A stretch of 63,896 bases of DNA, counting the filler, from Ionaspis alba (lineage: Eukaryota), in NCBI GenBank assembly GCA_964255285.1. It is 3 parts of 3 records of this genome, joined end to end, with 100 filler letters (N's around TTAATTAATTAA, not from the genome) between each part and the next. Parts side by side here need not be neighbours in the genome. Positions count along the whole stretch, not along the records: positions 46,228 to 63,896 come from CAXUUL010000313.1; 2 more parts are not named here. One strand, written 5' to 3'. The first letter of the stretch is position 1, and each line of letters starts with the position of its first letter. The notes under the pieces were generated by a model. That model saw only the letters and a program-made list of their open reading frames with translations, had not been told where the DNA came from and did no database searches. The position numbers and the translations under genes are program-made. Of this stretch, positions 52,076-63,896 are shown piece after piece.

Positions 52076-53866
52076 ATGCGAACTGCTTCCCAAGTTTTCT
52101 ACCTGGCTGTCTTCTCCTTATTCGCCCATTCCACGGCACATACCAATACCACTACTAAATCTAGGCCAGCTGGTCCCGACACCTGCGCCGTGAGTACATG
52201 CATCTGAACAGTCGCACAAACGACGTACTAATGTTGATCACAGATTGTACCAAATGCCATCGTGTCAGATGCTTGTGCTTCTTACGATACCCTTGACTCG
52301 CTCAACAAAGCTCTCGCACCCTCGGTCAAAGCCATCACACAGACCACTGACTTCTTTGCCTACTATCGATTAAATCTATTTAACAAGGTCTGTCCGTTTT
52401 GGAATGATGCAAACTCAATGTGTGGGAATATTGCTTGTGCTGTCAACACCTTGGACGATGAGGCGGACATACCGGAGATATGGAGGGTAGAGGAACTCAG
52501 CAAGCTTGAGGGTCCGAAGGCAAAACATCCGGGTCGCCAAGAGCAAAAGGAGAGAGGACCCGTAAGACCGCTCCAGGGGAATCTGGGAGAAGATGTTGGG
52601 GAGAGCTGTGTGGTCGAGTACGATGACGAATGCGACGACAGAGACTATTGTGTTCCGGAAGACGAGAGTGCAACCGCGAAGGGCGACTATGTAAGCCTGA
52701 TGGACAACCCGGAACGTTTCACAGGCTATGCTGGCGAGAGCGCTCACATGGTTTGGGATGCAATATACAAAGAAAATTGCTTCTCTAAGCCCAACCCTAA
52801 GGGACCACCTCAGAACATGCTTGGGACGAACTATTCCGGCATCTATAAGGCGTCGAACGACCTGCGCTCCGTGATTCAAGCTCGTGCACCTGCAGACGCT
52901 TTGGCTGCCGACGACGAATGTCTCGAGAAGCGGGTCTTCTATCGTGTCATAAGTGGCATGCACGCATCCATCTCGACGCACATTTGCCACGACTATCTGA
53001 ACCAAACCACAGGTACTTGGGGCCCAAATCTTCAATGTTACCAAGACCGCCTCGCCGCTCATCCAGACCGCATTTCCAACCTTTATTTCAATTATGCTCT
53101 CGTCCTCCGTGCTGTTGCAAAATTGCGCTCCCATCTCCAAGATTACACTTTCTGCTCAGGCGACCCTCGGCAAGACACAGATACGAAGAACAAAGTCCTC
53201 CGCCTGGCTGACCAAGCCGCTAGTGGTCCTACCATATTCGATGAGAAAATCATGTTTCAAGATCCAGCAGTAGCTGGCGATTTAAAGGAAGACTTCCGAA
53301 ACCGATTCCGCAATGTCAGTCGTTTGATGGACTGCGTTGGTTGCGACAAGTGCCGCCTCTGGGGTAAACTTCAGACCGTTGGCTATGGTACTGCTTTGAA
53401 GGTTCTCTTCGAGTTTGAGGAAGGCGGTGAGGTACCCCTGAAGCGGACCGAATTAGTTGCTCTCATCAATACACTCGCTCGCATTGGCCACAGCCTCAGC
53501 GCCCTCGAGAAGTTCCGAGCTATGGCACCTCAACCCTCCACGACAACTACGTCTAGCGTCAAATCCACGCCCGCCATAGTCACTGACAAGGTCCATGCAC
53601 CTCTGGATGACGACGATCTTGACGAAGATCTCACTAACTCAAACTCCTCCACTTCACAAGAGCCTTCAGTCATGGAAGTTGTCCGTGCTGAATTCGGTCT
53701 GGTCTGGCGTACCTATGTTTACGTGCTCAAGAGCTGGATCAACCTTCCCAACAAGGTGCTCAACATGGTGGTGTTTGAACTCAGCCGGCTGTGGAATTTT
53801 TATCTCGGGCTTGAAGTCCCGGAGAGGAACTACTATATGAAGAGACCGACCAGGGACGAGTTGTAG
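52076..53866 (+). CDS. ERO1: ER oxidoreductin 1
   Basis: Signal peptide; motifs DFFAYYRLNL..CPFW, NPERFTGY, CLEKRVFYRVISGMHASISTH, MDCVGCDKCRLWGKLQ (CxxCxxC); C-terminal RDEL. Intron 52190-52243. Confidence 0.97.
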
Positions 53867-53975
53867 TATATCTAATTATGGGCGAGGAGTTAGATATAAG
53901 GAGTCCGCTGGTCAGCTGTGGTGATCTGATTCTCGGAGACGAGTGATAATTTTTTTAAGCGAGCATTGCGGCGTT

Positions 53976-54157
53976 TCCAGGTCTTTTGCATTTTTGGGAG
54001 TTTTTTGGATGCTGCCNNNNNNNNNNNNNNNNNNNNNNNNNNNNNNNNNNNNNNNNNNNNNNNNNNNNNNNNNNNNNNNNNNNNNNNNNNNNNNNNNNNN
54101 NNNNNNNNNNNNNNNNTCCAGGTCTTTTGCATTTTTGGGAGTTTTTTGGATGCTGCC
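53976..54157. other. Assembly gap with duplicated 41-nt overlap (artefact)
   Basis: 53976-54016 is repeated at 54117-54157 across a 100-N run. Confidence 0.88.
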
Positions 54158-54608
54158 GTTGTTAGAGGCAGTATGGCCTGCATGACATTGTCAGGTCCAT
54201 ATATTAGTGTATAGAAATTTGAGTATCCAAAGCATCGCGTGGTTGCAATATTTGATACCACGACTGGACGACAGATTATACTAATTTGAGTTGCTAAGGC
54301 AAGCTTGGCTGGCGCTCAATCCCATCAGTTTGTTGTATGCAGAGTAGGAATTCTATCTGCTAACATTGACTGCCAAACGCATTCAAAGAGTGACTGCTGT
54401 GTTGCTGGTTGAGTGAGGTGCAGAGGGAACAAAGTGAAGAAGACATAATCATTTCCGAGTGTCAGCCACTTCTGCTGCAGGTATGTGAGCACGAGCTTTG
54501 GACAATCTAACACCTCAAATTGAAGTGCCGTGTGGGATGCTGTTGAGTCAATCACTTACATCTGACACAAAGTGACATAGTGAAACAGCGCACTCTCACA
54601 TGATCATC

Positions 54609-56300
54609 CTAATTCTGCCTGATCTTCCCTTCCTCCAGGTCGCCGTCTATCGTGCCCCTTCCTGACATACTCACATACGCGTAAATTGCTCCACCTACCA
54701 GAGTCAAAGATATTCCAAGAGCATTCACCAATCCAATAGGAATGTTCCAGAGCAGGATTCCCAGAAGAATAGTCAAGATCTGCTTCACGTTTCCAGCAAC
54801 CGTCATGGTAAGAGCCCCGACTTTCTTGTTTGCAGAGAAGCTGATGAGATTGAGCAGAAATGCCATGAACCCATTGAGTACCAGAATCAGAAATGTAGTG
54901 AAGGTGAAGTTGCCCAAGAAAACCACATTGTCTCTGAAGTCTCGTATTTCGCCACTTAGACTAGCAATAATGCAAGCTTGGAAACATGCAGGTGCGCTCA
55001 TGTAGTGCAGAAGTTGCAAAGCGTCAAGACGTAGTCCTGCGGTTTGGAGGCGATTAGTAGCTACTGTCTTGACGGCTGCAAGCAAAGCGCCGACAAATGT
55101 GATGGAAATTCCGAGCAAGGTTGCATAATAGTCTCCATAAGTCGAAAGCGCAACACCCACGATGACAGGAACAACACTGAGATAGGTATTTCGGCTGTAG
55201 CCGTATTCGAAGCGGTAACGGTAGATGAGGATGGTAAAGACAGGAGTTGTGGCACGGACAACTTGGTGAAAAGGGATCGTCACAAGGCTCCTAATTTTAC
55301 GTCAATATACCAGGCATCCAGGACTTCGAACAATCGTGCTTTGTTTGGAAGAAGGTATTGAGCAGAAGGCTTGATGGTGGGGAGCCTTACAATGAGATAT
55401 TTGACATCGCAATATTGGCTGTGTAGAGCAGAGTGAATGCGACAAGTCTATACCATGCATCGCGTCCCATTTCGTGGTTGACATAGAAGTATCCTCTTGA
55501 TGCAAGAATAGAGGTACCGAGAAAACTCGATAGAGCATGAAGGGCCGTTAGAAGCAGTGGAAATGGAAACTAAACGTAGTATAGATCAGTATTCAGATAT
55601 AACACAATCATAACTTTAAATTTGCTTGAGATTTATGGCCATGAATTGAGAGATGGAATGGAAATCAGCAATGCAGTTGATTTCGCTCCCGTACTTTGAG
55701 AACAATAGACCGGTGGAGAATCACAGGAACCGTGATCTCACACTACAGCCAGGCATCGGAATGCTCCATGCGCTTGCGAAGCCAACAAGTGGAGCACGTC
55801 CACGCAGTCCCTAGAAGCTGAGCATATGTGCTTGAGATTGGCTGTGTTGCGGAGCAAAAACAAACAGCGAAACTGTGGCACCACGGCCACAAAGCGGCGG
55901 GACAACCCAAAGAGTGTGCATCAAGACATACCTGCAGCATGATTGCCTTGTTCAACAAAGTCAATCCAAGGTTGAGAGCGAAGTAGACAGCCAGATACTT
56001 GAGCTTAGTCCGAGCCGGAACAGTCGCACTCCCGTCCACATCGCTCACTTCAGCGCGTTCGCAGACCATGGCAGGCTGCCCGTGGTGTCGTCGTAAGGTA
56101 GACCAAACACTGGTAATTGAGGTAACGTCGTCGTGGTTCGGATTGGCTATTGGCGGACGATGTGCTGGGCTCGTGGATCGCGTCCGAACTGGCATGGTCA
56201 TTGGAGACCCATTGAGCTCGGGGTTGCAGGCTTGCGAGAGCTGCAGCGGAACCCCGACAGTGGACCCTGCAGTGTCCGGAGACCGGAAATAGGAGAACAT
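54609..56300 (-). CDS. Triose-phosphate / nucleotide-sugar transporter (TPT/DMT family)
   Basis: Motifs YFALNLGLTLLNKAI, FPFPLLLTALH, NIAMSNISLSLVTIPFHQVVRATTPVFT, NKKVGALTMTVAGNVKQILT. Introns 55570-55931 and 55291-55390. Confidence 0.9.
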
Positions 56301-57084
56301 GATGACAGTGACTTCAAGCGACAGCAGATGGATGTTTAGAAAAGCTCGTCACTGTGCAGTAGATGGCAAGTGCACCTGGGAAGTGTTAGTCATCCGGCGT
56401 GCATCTGCAGACAACCTGTCCAACCACCTGTCGATGCTTGCGAAACGATTTGAAGAGAAAAAAGGATGTAATGCCCGGTGCTAAGTAGAAAGGCGAACAT
56501 GTACGTACCAAAGGAGTCTGGAAGTGATGTTGTGCATGCAGATGAATAGTGGTGGTGACAAATTGACAAAAGTTCTCAAAAGGTTGGACCTGACTCGCCA
56601 AAATCGACGTTCATGTGGACAAGCTCTCGAATATGCATATCACATCACCACACCCATAACCACAGCGCGGCCGAGTCCAATGCTGGAACGGAAATGCTTC
56701 AAAATCAGAACCTCATGCGAAAGGAAATCATTGTAAGAAGCTCCATGGATTACATGCTTCAAGTAGCAGTAACGTGACCAAGCTGAAGAAAGACCACTGG
56801 CAATTTTCGAACTATTGCGGTGCCTACCTACCAGACGCAGGGAGACAATACATGTTGGTTCGAAGGTTGCAAAGCAATCAGAAAGGCTCAAAGTGTGGCA
56901 ATCAAAGAGCAGTTCGCCGCAGTATGAATTTCTCCACTAATGCCGAAAGAAACAACGCAAATACTAGCATATGAACCCGCTGACGCCCTCCGCTATGCTT
57001 GAAGGGTATCCCTGCCATGACCGCATCTACCAGTACACCACGAGTCTAAAACCGAAATGTCATGATGGTCGTTCAAAGATTTAC

Positions 57085-58544
57085 CTACGGTCCTCCCCTT
57101 GGAGCCTGCTGTCGCGGCTGAATCCTGCGTACACCCATTGATACCACCACCCATCTTGATTCTATGGGATGGTACGCAGCTCGAACATCCATGACGCACA
57201 ATCCTTTTGGTCCTGATATCTCCACAAAACCCGAGACCAAAAAAGTACCTCTGGGAGCAGGTTCCGAGGCATGTCTCCAATTCTTGCGAAGTGTTTTCTT
57301 GAACGCAGTCGATGCGGTAGCCATTTCTGTGCTGGGTTTTGGTAGCCCAGGTAAAGGTCGGAGGATCCTGGCTCGATCTGAGCTTGGAGGAAGTGAAGAC
57401 GATGTGGTAGTGGGTACTTCTGGTGGTTTGGCTTCAGGCGAAGGTTGTGTTTTGGAGGTAGACGTGGCTGCATGCTGCTCACTCTTACTCCGTGATAGAC
57501 GCGGGAGGTTCATGTATCCGGGTGGAAATCGTGGCTTTTCTGGCTCTGGACTTGATTTAATATTGAGGAAATTCTTCACTTTTGCTATTTGCAGCTGCCA
57601 AAGCGCACTCTGGCTTGCCCAAAATGAGGACACTGTAGCGGTGGGCCAGAGAGCTGTCTGCAACCGGGAGACATTGATCGAACGAACAGGACGAACTACC
57701 CAAGCCACATAGTCGTCTGTGATCTCCAACCTAGTATTTGGTCAGCTGCTTCTTTCTCAAGACCAGAGTCAGACCATCGTACCCAGCACGCTCGTACTCA
57801 GGCGGAGGCCCCTCCGGAAAGTCGATGTCGAGCCAATACTTCCCAATCTTTACTGGCTGTCCCAGGAAATTCTGAACGGGCTTGAGACCCGACATATGCT
57901 GGCCCACCAAGCCTGCTAACTCATCTATAAGAGCGTTAGAAACGATTAGATTCACAGCGGTACTAAGAAGTAACAGACTCCGTACAAGCAGACTCCGCTG
58001 TCTGTCTTGCGAGAATTCAACAAAACTCTGCCACTCTGGATCGTGTCCTTTATAAAAGCTTGGTGGACATTCTCGAGCCCATCCCAGAGGGATGAACCAC
58101 GCGCCTTCTGGAGCTTGTTCAGGAACCGTGATCTCTTCTTCTCCCTCTCCGCCCTCATCCTCGACCTGCTCTCCCTGCTCTTCGATATTGTCACCTTCAA
58201 CCTCGTCGGGCCCTAAGGTCTCTTTCTTGGTTGCGACGGCTGCGGCCTGCTTTACAGATTTTGTGACCTCCACCTCATCCTCCTCATCATCAAGCGACCC
58301 CACAAGGTAGAGATATCCAGCTGCTGCCGTTACCCACAGCGAGGCTGTCTGAATGCGCCTGTACCGCATCAGCAGATGATAGCACAAGCTCGGAGACTGT
58401 CCGGCCTGCATACTTAGCCGTGAAGAGAGGGCGCACGATCCGTATACGCCGTACCGTGATGTGGTTGTCATAGTGTGGCAGGGCGGAACGACGTCTGAAG
58501 AGGGAGCGACTGAGCGAGGAGAAGGTTCGTAGGTTGCGGTACAT
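57085..58544 (-). CDS. Conserved fungal hypothetical protein, likely mitochondrial (Arg/Ser-rich presequence, one TM, acidic loop)
   Basis: N-terminus MYRNLRTFSSLSRSLFRRR; motifs WFIPLGW...YKGHDPEWQSF, YWLDIDFPEGPPPEYERAGLEI, PAPRG...VSGFVEI...DVRAAYHP. Three introns, including 57925-57978. Confidence 0.75.
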
Positions 58545-58830
58545 GGAAATGCCAGCCAGTAGTGGCGTGTTTGTGGGAAGCTGGCGAAGAGAAGTTGTAG
58601 CCTCTTACATGAAGGAAGGAAAATGCCCTTTCTGTCAAAAGATGCTACTGGTAGAAATCGTCACTATTGATGTTTGGACAAAGAAAGATGTGATATCCCT
58701 TTGCTCTTGTGACAGCCTTATGACTCTCAGGTGGCGTAGACGGCGTTTCGTTCCTCCAAATTCCGATATCACCAACTCATTCATGAGCGGATGAAGTTAC
58801 AACATCATCATACAACAGTTCTCCACAACA

Positions 58831-60320
58831 ATGAGGGCTGTCAAAGCTCTGCTGTCAGCGAGCTTTGTTAGCGCAGCTTGCGCAGCTAGCTTGGAGGGAC
58901 TGGTTTATACCTTTGATCGATCTGTGGCACCGCCGCCTCCAGGCAGGAAAGCTCCCTCAGTCTCGCCGTCGACGGCAGGATTACTTCTCGCTCAAAGACT
59001 TGGGCTTTCTCAATACTTCAGCCTCGAGGGTGCGGATGCCGCCGTGATCCGGTCGTTGAATCACTTCGCAGGGCCCCAGAAGCCACTATTCGACGATCAT
59101 GTGGAGGAAGAAGAGCTACGGAAAGTGCTGATATGGATTGATGGCGTCGACAAACCCGAGAGTATATTATATCTATGATGGCTCGATTTCGAGACTTCAA
59201 TGGTTGATATGTAGACAGGTATATTTGAACGGATACAAGGTCCAATGTTCACAATTTCTAACCCACCATCCTCGTCCTCGAATCTGCAGCTTGCTCTAGA
59301 CTTCTTGAATCAGGACAGACATCGACGGCGATCCACAAAGATATGCTCTAACGAACATGAAGCTGGGTTCAAAAGCAGTGTGATTGGAGGTGGTTATAGC
59401 GGTAATGAAGTGAGTCGTGCCTTATAACTCGCGTCAAAGGACGTAATTGACTGGGTACACAGCCGATTGGAGCATGTTTTATTCAGGACATTAAGAGCCC
59501 CAAGCATCGTCTGACGTCTGATGATCTATATTTGATGAACGGAACAACAAGACATCTCCTTGCTGGCTCGCAGCTCCAGGACTCAACTTGCATTTTCCAC
59601 GTGGATGCTTATGAGGTACGTTTCTGATCCCACCAATCGTGGCAGTCGATTGTGTCTTACCAGCGACAGCATGATGAAATCAATTTCCTTGACATTCTTA
59701 CAAAGACTATCCTCGATCACGAAAAGGAGCAAGTCACACTCGTGATCACGCCCTCACGTTCTAAGCATACCAAACAACTCTCGAATCCTTACGGCACTTA
59801 TGAAGTGCCGAACACCAAACTGCGCGCCCGCCAACTTCAAACCGAAGCCCCTCTCTCCAAGACTCCGCCAGTCAAGGTCTCTCCACCGTCATCACAAGAC
59901 GCACAATCCAGCCAGGCCAAAAATCCTGTGGCTTCTGCAATGCCGAAAACCACCTCGCCCACCTGCCACAAGAACGAGACCATCTGCAAAGCAGAGACAA
60001 ACAACTGCAGTGGTGGCCATGGCATCTGCAAGCTCAAATTCACCAACAAGGCAGAAGAGGACAAGGTCGTCGAATGCTGGGCTTGCGCCTGCGGATCTAC
60101 GATCGTCAAGAACGGGGACGGCAAACAGCAAACGACATTCTGGGGTGGTCCGGCCTGTCAGAAGCAAGATGTCAGTGTGCCGTTCTTCCTTTTGGCTGGG
60201 TTCACGATAGCCGTGGTTTCGGCTGTGGCATGGGCGGTGGGGTTGCTATACAGTATCGGGCAAGAAGATTTGCCCAGTGTCATAGGGGCGGGAGTTGCTG
60301 GACCGCGAGTTACGAAATAG
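58831..60320 (+). CDS. DUF3844-domain (Vps3844-like) type I membrane protein
   Basis: Signal peptide; LLLAQRLGLSQYFSL; Cys-rich TNNCSGGHGIC...CAC...WGGPACQKQDVSVPF, then a TM helix and LPSVIGAGV. Three introns. Confidence 0.85.
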
Positions 60321-61126
60321 AATGGCAGCGAAGGGCGCTCATTGGGCTTGTATGGTATCATTCATTAGTGTATATTCTGGGGAGCCGAGTCCTAAGGTTG
60401 TACTGTAAAATTCTGCTTGGAAGTTAGCAAATGGAGAACACGACTTTTGTATGGTGCCTCAAACGTCTTGGCGTCTCGAATATAGTCCTTGTTGGGATGC
60501 CGATTTGAAACAGCCTAATTGAAATTGTGTGATTACATCCAGAATGTTCGTCAGTACATTGCCCGGAGATCGGATAATTGTGCAGCAGGACGAAATTATC
60601 CTTACGTCTCAGAGCAGAGCTAAAGCGCGGTAGAATTGGCCTCTGTACTGCAGGAACATTGATCGTAAATTACGCCACCTGGTTGAGGGATGAAAGCAGC
60701 GACTTGAAAGCACATGTATTCTGAAGCTTGATGGAAAGCTTCGAACCTCAAGCCAAACCATTCTAGATGAGTCGAGGATTCAATAATTCCTAGTTCATGT
60801 GCAAAGTATAGCAAGTCAATTAGTAGCTTCTACCATCACCTGTCATTGCAGAAGGAGAGTGTCCCAGATACTCATACATCTCATGGTCAAATTCCTGTCT
60901 ATATACAACGCGAGCCCAGCCCGCGTCCCACGTAAACCAAAAAGGGGTATATTTCTTCCATCCATGCCTGAAGCAGGCAGCCCAAACAAAAGAGCACTCA
61001 TACACCACCATATATCCATCCAGAAGTCAAAAGAAGGCCTATCCGATCACACAAGAAGAGGAGTAGATAAATACAATAATCACCAAACCGCCTAAGCTCT
61101 AAAGTTCGAAGTCCCTTATTGCCCAC

Positions 61127-62665
61127 CTACTCAGTACCCAACGCCCTCGCGGCATGCAATTGCCTGTGCACATGCCGCCNNNNNNNNNNNNNNNNNNNNN
61201 NNNNNNNNNNNNNNNNNNNNNNNNNNNNNNNNNNNNNNNNNNNNNNNNNNNNNNNNNNNNNNNNNNNNNNNNNNNNNNNCTTCTTCTCCACCCACCGGGA
61301 ATCCCCTTGCTCCCTGAACCAAACATGTTCGAGTCCAAGGGCTTCACAGTCACCACCTTCGCATTCTGTCCCACCGCCGGAGCCGGTGTCGATTCCGGGG
61401 CCGCGGTCACAAAAACAGTTGCCACGAACGACGTCGATGATTCAGCCGCCGCAGCAGTCGTCTTTACCACCGGAGCGGGAGATGACGCCACGGCAGAAGG
61501 CACAGGGGGTGCGACACTCTGAGGGTTTGGAACAGGCACGGGACTGCGCTGAGGTTGGGGCGCAGCACCGGCCTTGTTGGACGAGGCGCCTGTGTCCTGG
61601 TAGACCTTAAGGGAATTGACGCTCCAGTAGGCGTCCTGGAATGCTTGGGGGTTGTCGCGAACAAAGGCGTTGCAGTCACCGCCGTGAGCTTGCGCGCACG
61701 AGCTGCTCGACCAGGCGGCCCCGGCCCAGGCACCGCAGAAGGTGGTGTCGAAGATGATGTTGTTGGCCTTGAAGTGGTCGTCGATGTTGCAGCCGCCTGA
61801 GAAGACCGACTGTGGGTTGTTCCATCCGCTTGGGTTGGGGCTGCCGCTGTTGATGTCTGCCGGTGCTTGTCCGCGCGGCCAGAACCAGATCTTGATGGCC
61901 TGGGAGGTCCACTCGGTGGCGTAGGTTCCGCCGCCGGCTGCGTTGAAGCCCGTTCCGAAGGAGGAAGAGGAAGGGTCGGAGATGGTGCAACCTTGGTTGG
62001 TGAATTGATTGGGGGCGTTGACATCGCAGTTGGGAGTGACGAGCTTGCCAGTGAAACCGGTGTTACTGTTGATGCTGCAGCCCGAGTTGGTGTGAAGGGT
62101 CATCTGATTGATGGCCATGTCGTTGACGCCTTCGATGATGTCGATTTCACCGTTGTTGGGCCAAGATTGACCTGTCATCCAGCTGCGAGTGATAGTCAGC
62201 AAGAGTGTTCGGTAGAAGCTTGATGGGAACAGTTGGGGAAGACTTACAAAGCGGGCCATGTTCCGCAAATCCCACCCGGCATGTGCTCGAGGTCGATGAT
62301 CACAAGCCCGTGAGTGTAAGCCTTCTTACTTGAGAGGCGAACACTGTTCCGGCCACGACCAGAGGCGATACTCGAGTGATCAACACCGATGTAGATCTTG
62401 CCATTATCGTTCTTGATCAGACCACCGCTTTGAGCGCTCGACTGATCGATATAGCTGACATATCCGCTAGTCGGATCATCGCCCTATCATATGGTTAGCA
62501 AAAGTCGAGAACGGAAGTGGAGGAGGGAAGTCGTACGGTTTCAAAGTTGAACTTGGAGAAGAAGCCATCAGCCGAACTGGTGTAGTCGTCGGTTGAGTCG
62601 AGGGTATAGCCAGCTATACCCACAGAGACAAGACCGGCCAAGGTAAGGAGGTTAGAGAAATGCAT
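61127..62665 (-). CDS. GH16 endo-1,3(4)-beta-glucanase (Lam16A-like), secreted, with Pro/Ser/Thr-rich tail
   Basis: Signal MHFSNLLTLAGLVSVGIA; motifs GRNSVRLSS, HMPGGICGTWPAFW, catalytic EIDIIEG, IFDTTFCGAWAG. Two introns. A gap at 61180-61279 near the C-terminus makes the stop position provisional. Confidence 0.93.
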
Positions 62666-63896
62666 GGTCTGTACAACGAAAAAGGAGTGTGGTTTGCAAG
62701 TACGCAAAAGAGTGGTTGTACTTGACAACAAGTAGAAACGCGTAGTACAGGAGACAGTGTGATGTTCCAGTGAATGATCGATGGGTCAGAAGAAAATAGA
62801 ACAGCGGGGATGCGGTACGAATATAAAGGAAACGTGAATCAAAGGAGCCATTGTTCGCAAAAGGAGGGGGCCGATTGTTCTGGATTGCTTGTTCCATTGT
62901 CCTGCTTCACCACGACCTCCAAGCCGTGATTTGTCCGTGTGGGCCTGAATGGCTGGACCTCGACAATAACATCGAGGACCACGGGCTGGATGAAAGAAAT
63001 CCTCCGACCTCGAATCCTCGCATTCCAGGGTATGGGAGGTTGAGGGTGGAGGTCCTCAGCACCTGATGGCCACTGCCTTCCCAAGCAAATCTACACATGG
63101 GTGAAGAAAATGTGTGAAAGGACGAAGAGGCTGGCCATTCACAGTCGGTATGTCGTTTTCTTTCATGTCAGCAGTCCGAGCTTTCTTTGTTTCATCGAAA
63201 CCCGGGCAGGGGCGTGGTCCCGCCGAAGGTCAGGTACATTCCCAGCTCGTTGGCACGCAAGCGCGGGCCATGGGGGGCAAGTATCTGTCTGACGAGTTTA
63301 GGAGGTGTGAAGACGGAGATGAGAAGCCATGAAAAGGACTTCGGTTCCCCCTAGATGCTGAATAAACACAGAGAGTGTGTGTGCGTGTGTGCTTGAGGAC
63401 AGGGGCAGGTCTCCACAGTGATTCGCATCAAGCATCAGCACGGGGCTTTCTCATGGCGCGATATTAGCTCCATCATACAAATCCCACCATATCGATATGG
63501 CGTATCAAGATTAGATGGGGCAGAGTTGAGCCAGTAGACAAAGTCTAGGGACGTGTATGTGGAGTTTGGTCTTGGGCGTTCCTGAGGGAGTGTCAGCTCC
63601 GCTGCAGCACATCCATGTCGGAGCATTCCTGTTGGACGAGACGTGATGCCCTCCATCCCCTCCATTCCAGCGCCGCTAGTAGTCGCCGGCTCTAAAGGCT
63701 GCCCTGGAGCCAATGAAAGCTCCAGAAGCTGCCGCGGTCTTGGAGGCCCGAAATGGCCGATACCCGCCAGCATCGACAGGATGAGGCTCAAGTCGCACAA
63801 CCGTACCTTAATCTATGATAGTGATCCTATCGCACAGCTCCTTATCCTCGTGCATCGATCCCGCGACTCAGTATTATTTGTGCCGCTCAGCAGCAT

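Noticed and set aside
6669..62665. Apparent ER/secretory cluster (MNN2-like, FLC-like, tricalbin, ERO1, TPT, DUF3844, GH16), including an FAD carrier-ERO1 link
   Set aside because: The genes lie on three artificially joined scaffolds and are common housekeeping classes.
1..63896. tRNA genes, spliceosomal snRNAs, TPP riboswitch, transposons, CRISPR arrays
   Set aside because: By eye I found no T-loop/cloverleaf, snRNA or TPP signatures, transposase/RT motifs, LTR/TIR pairs or repeat-spacer arrays. tRNAscan-SE, Infernal and RepeatMasker runs would be needed to exclude them formally.

Overview
Gene-dense genomic DNA from a filamentous ascomycete (Pezizomycotina). Introns are short GT-AG type with CTRAC/CTAAY branch points, and there is one dispersed 5S rRNA gene. 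The window is not one locus: two artificial 44N-TTAATTAATTAA-44N linkers (23033-23132, 46128-46227) join three separate scaffolds, and several 100-N gaps are flanked by duplicated overlaps. About 23 protein genes can be modelled. Segment 1: Cys/Met PLP trans-sulfuration enzyme, large conserved protein of unknown function, MNN2-type mannosyltransferase, TRP/FLC-like membrane protein, Pib1-like FYVE-RING ligase, FMP42-like MFS, SAM methyltransferase, 5S rRNA. Segment 2: tricalbin, degenerate kinase-like ORF, STI1, RPC34, Pro/RS-rich protein, MFS transporter, repeat-rich GPI-type surface protein, RPL31. Segment 3: USB1, Pal1, membrane-anchored lectin-like protein, ERO1, TPT-family transporter, conserved hypothetical protein, DUF3844 protein, GH16 glucanase. 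I found no transposon, CRISPR array, tRNA or biosynthetic cluster, and no demonstrable new multi-gene system. The best leads are recurrent C-rich-to-G-rich skew flips independent of gene strand, a long hairpin-rich intron in the TPT transporter, a rare GAG 3' splice site in USB1, a GC-AG intron, a probable pseudokinase, and a possible spliced non-coding transcript at about 34.9-36.0 kb. All family assignments come from motif recognition, not database searches.
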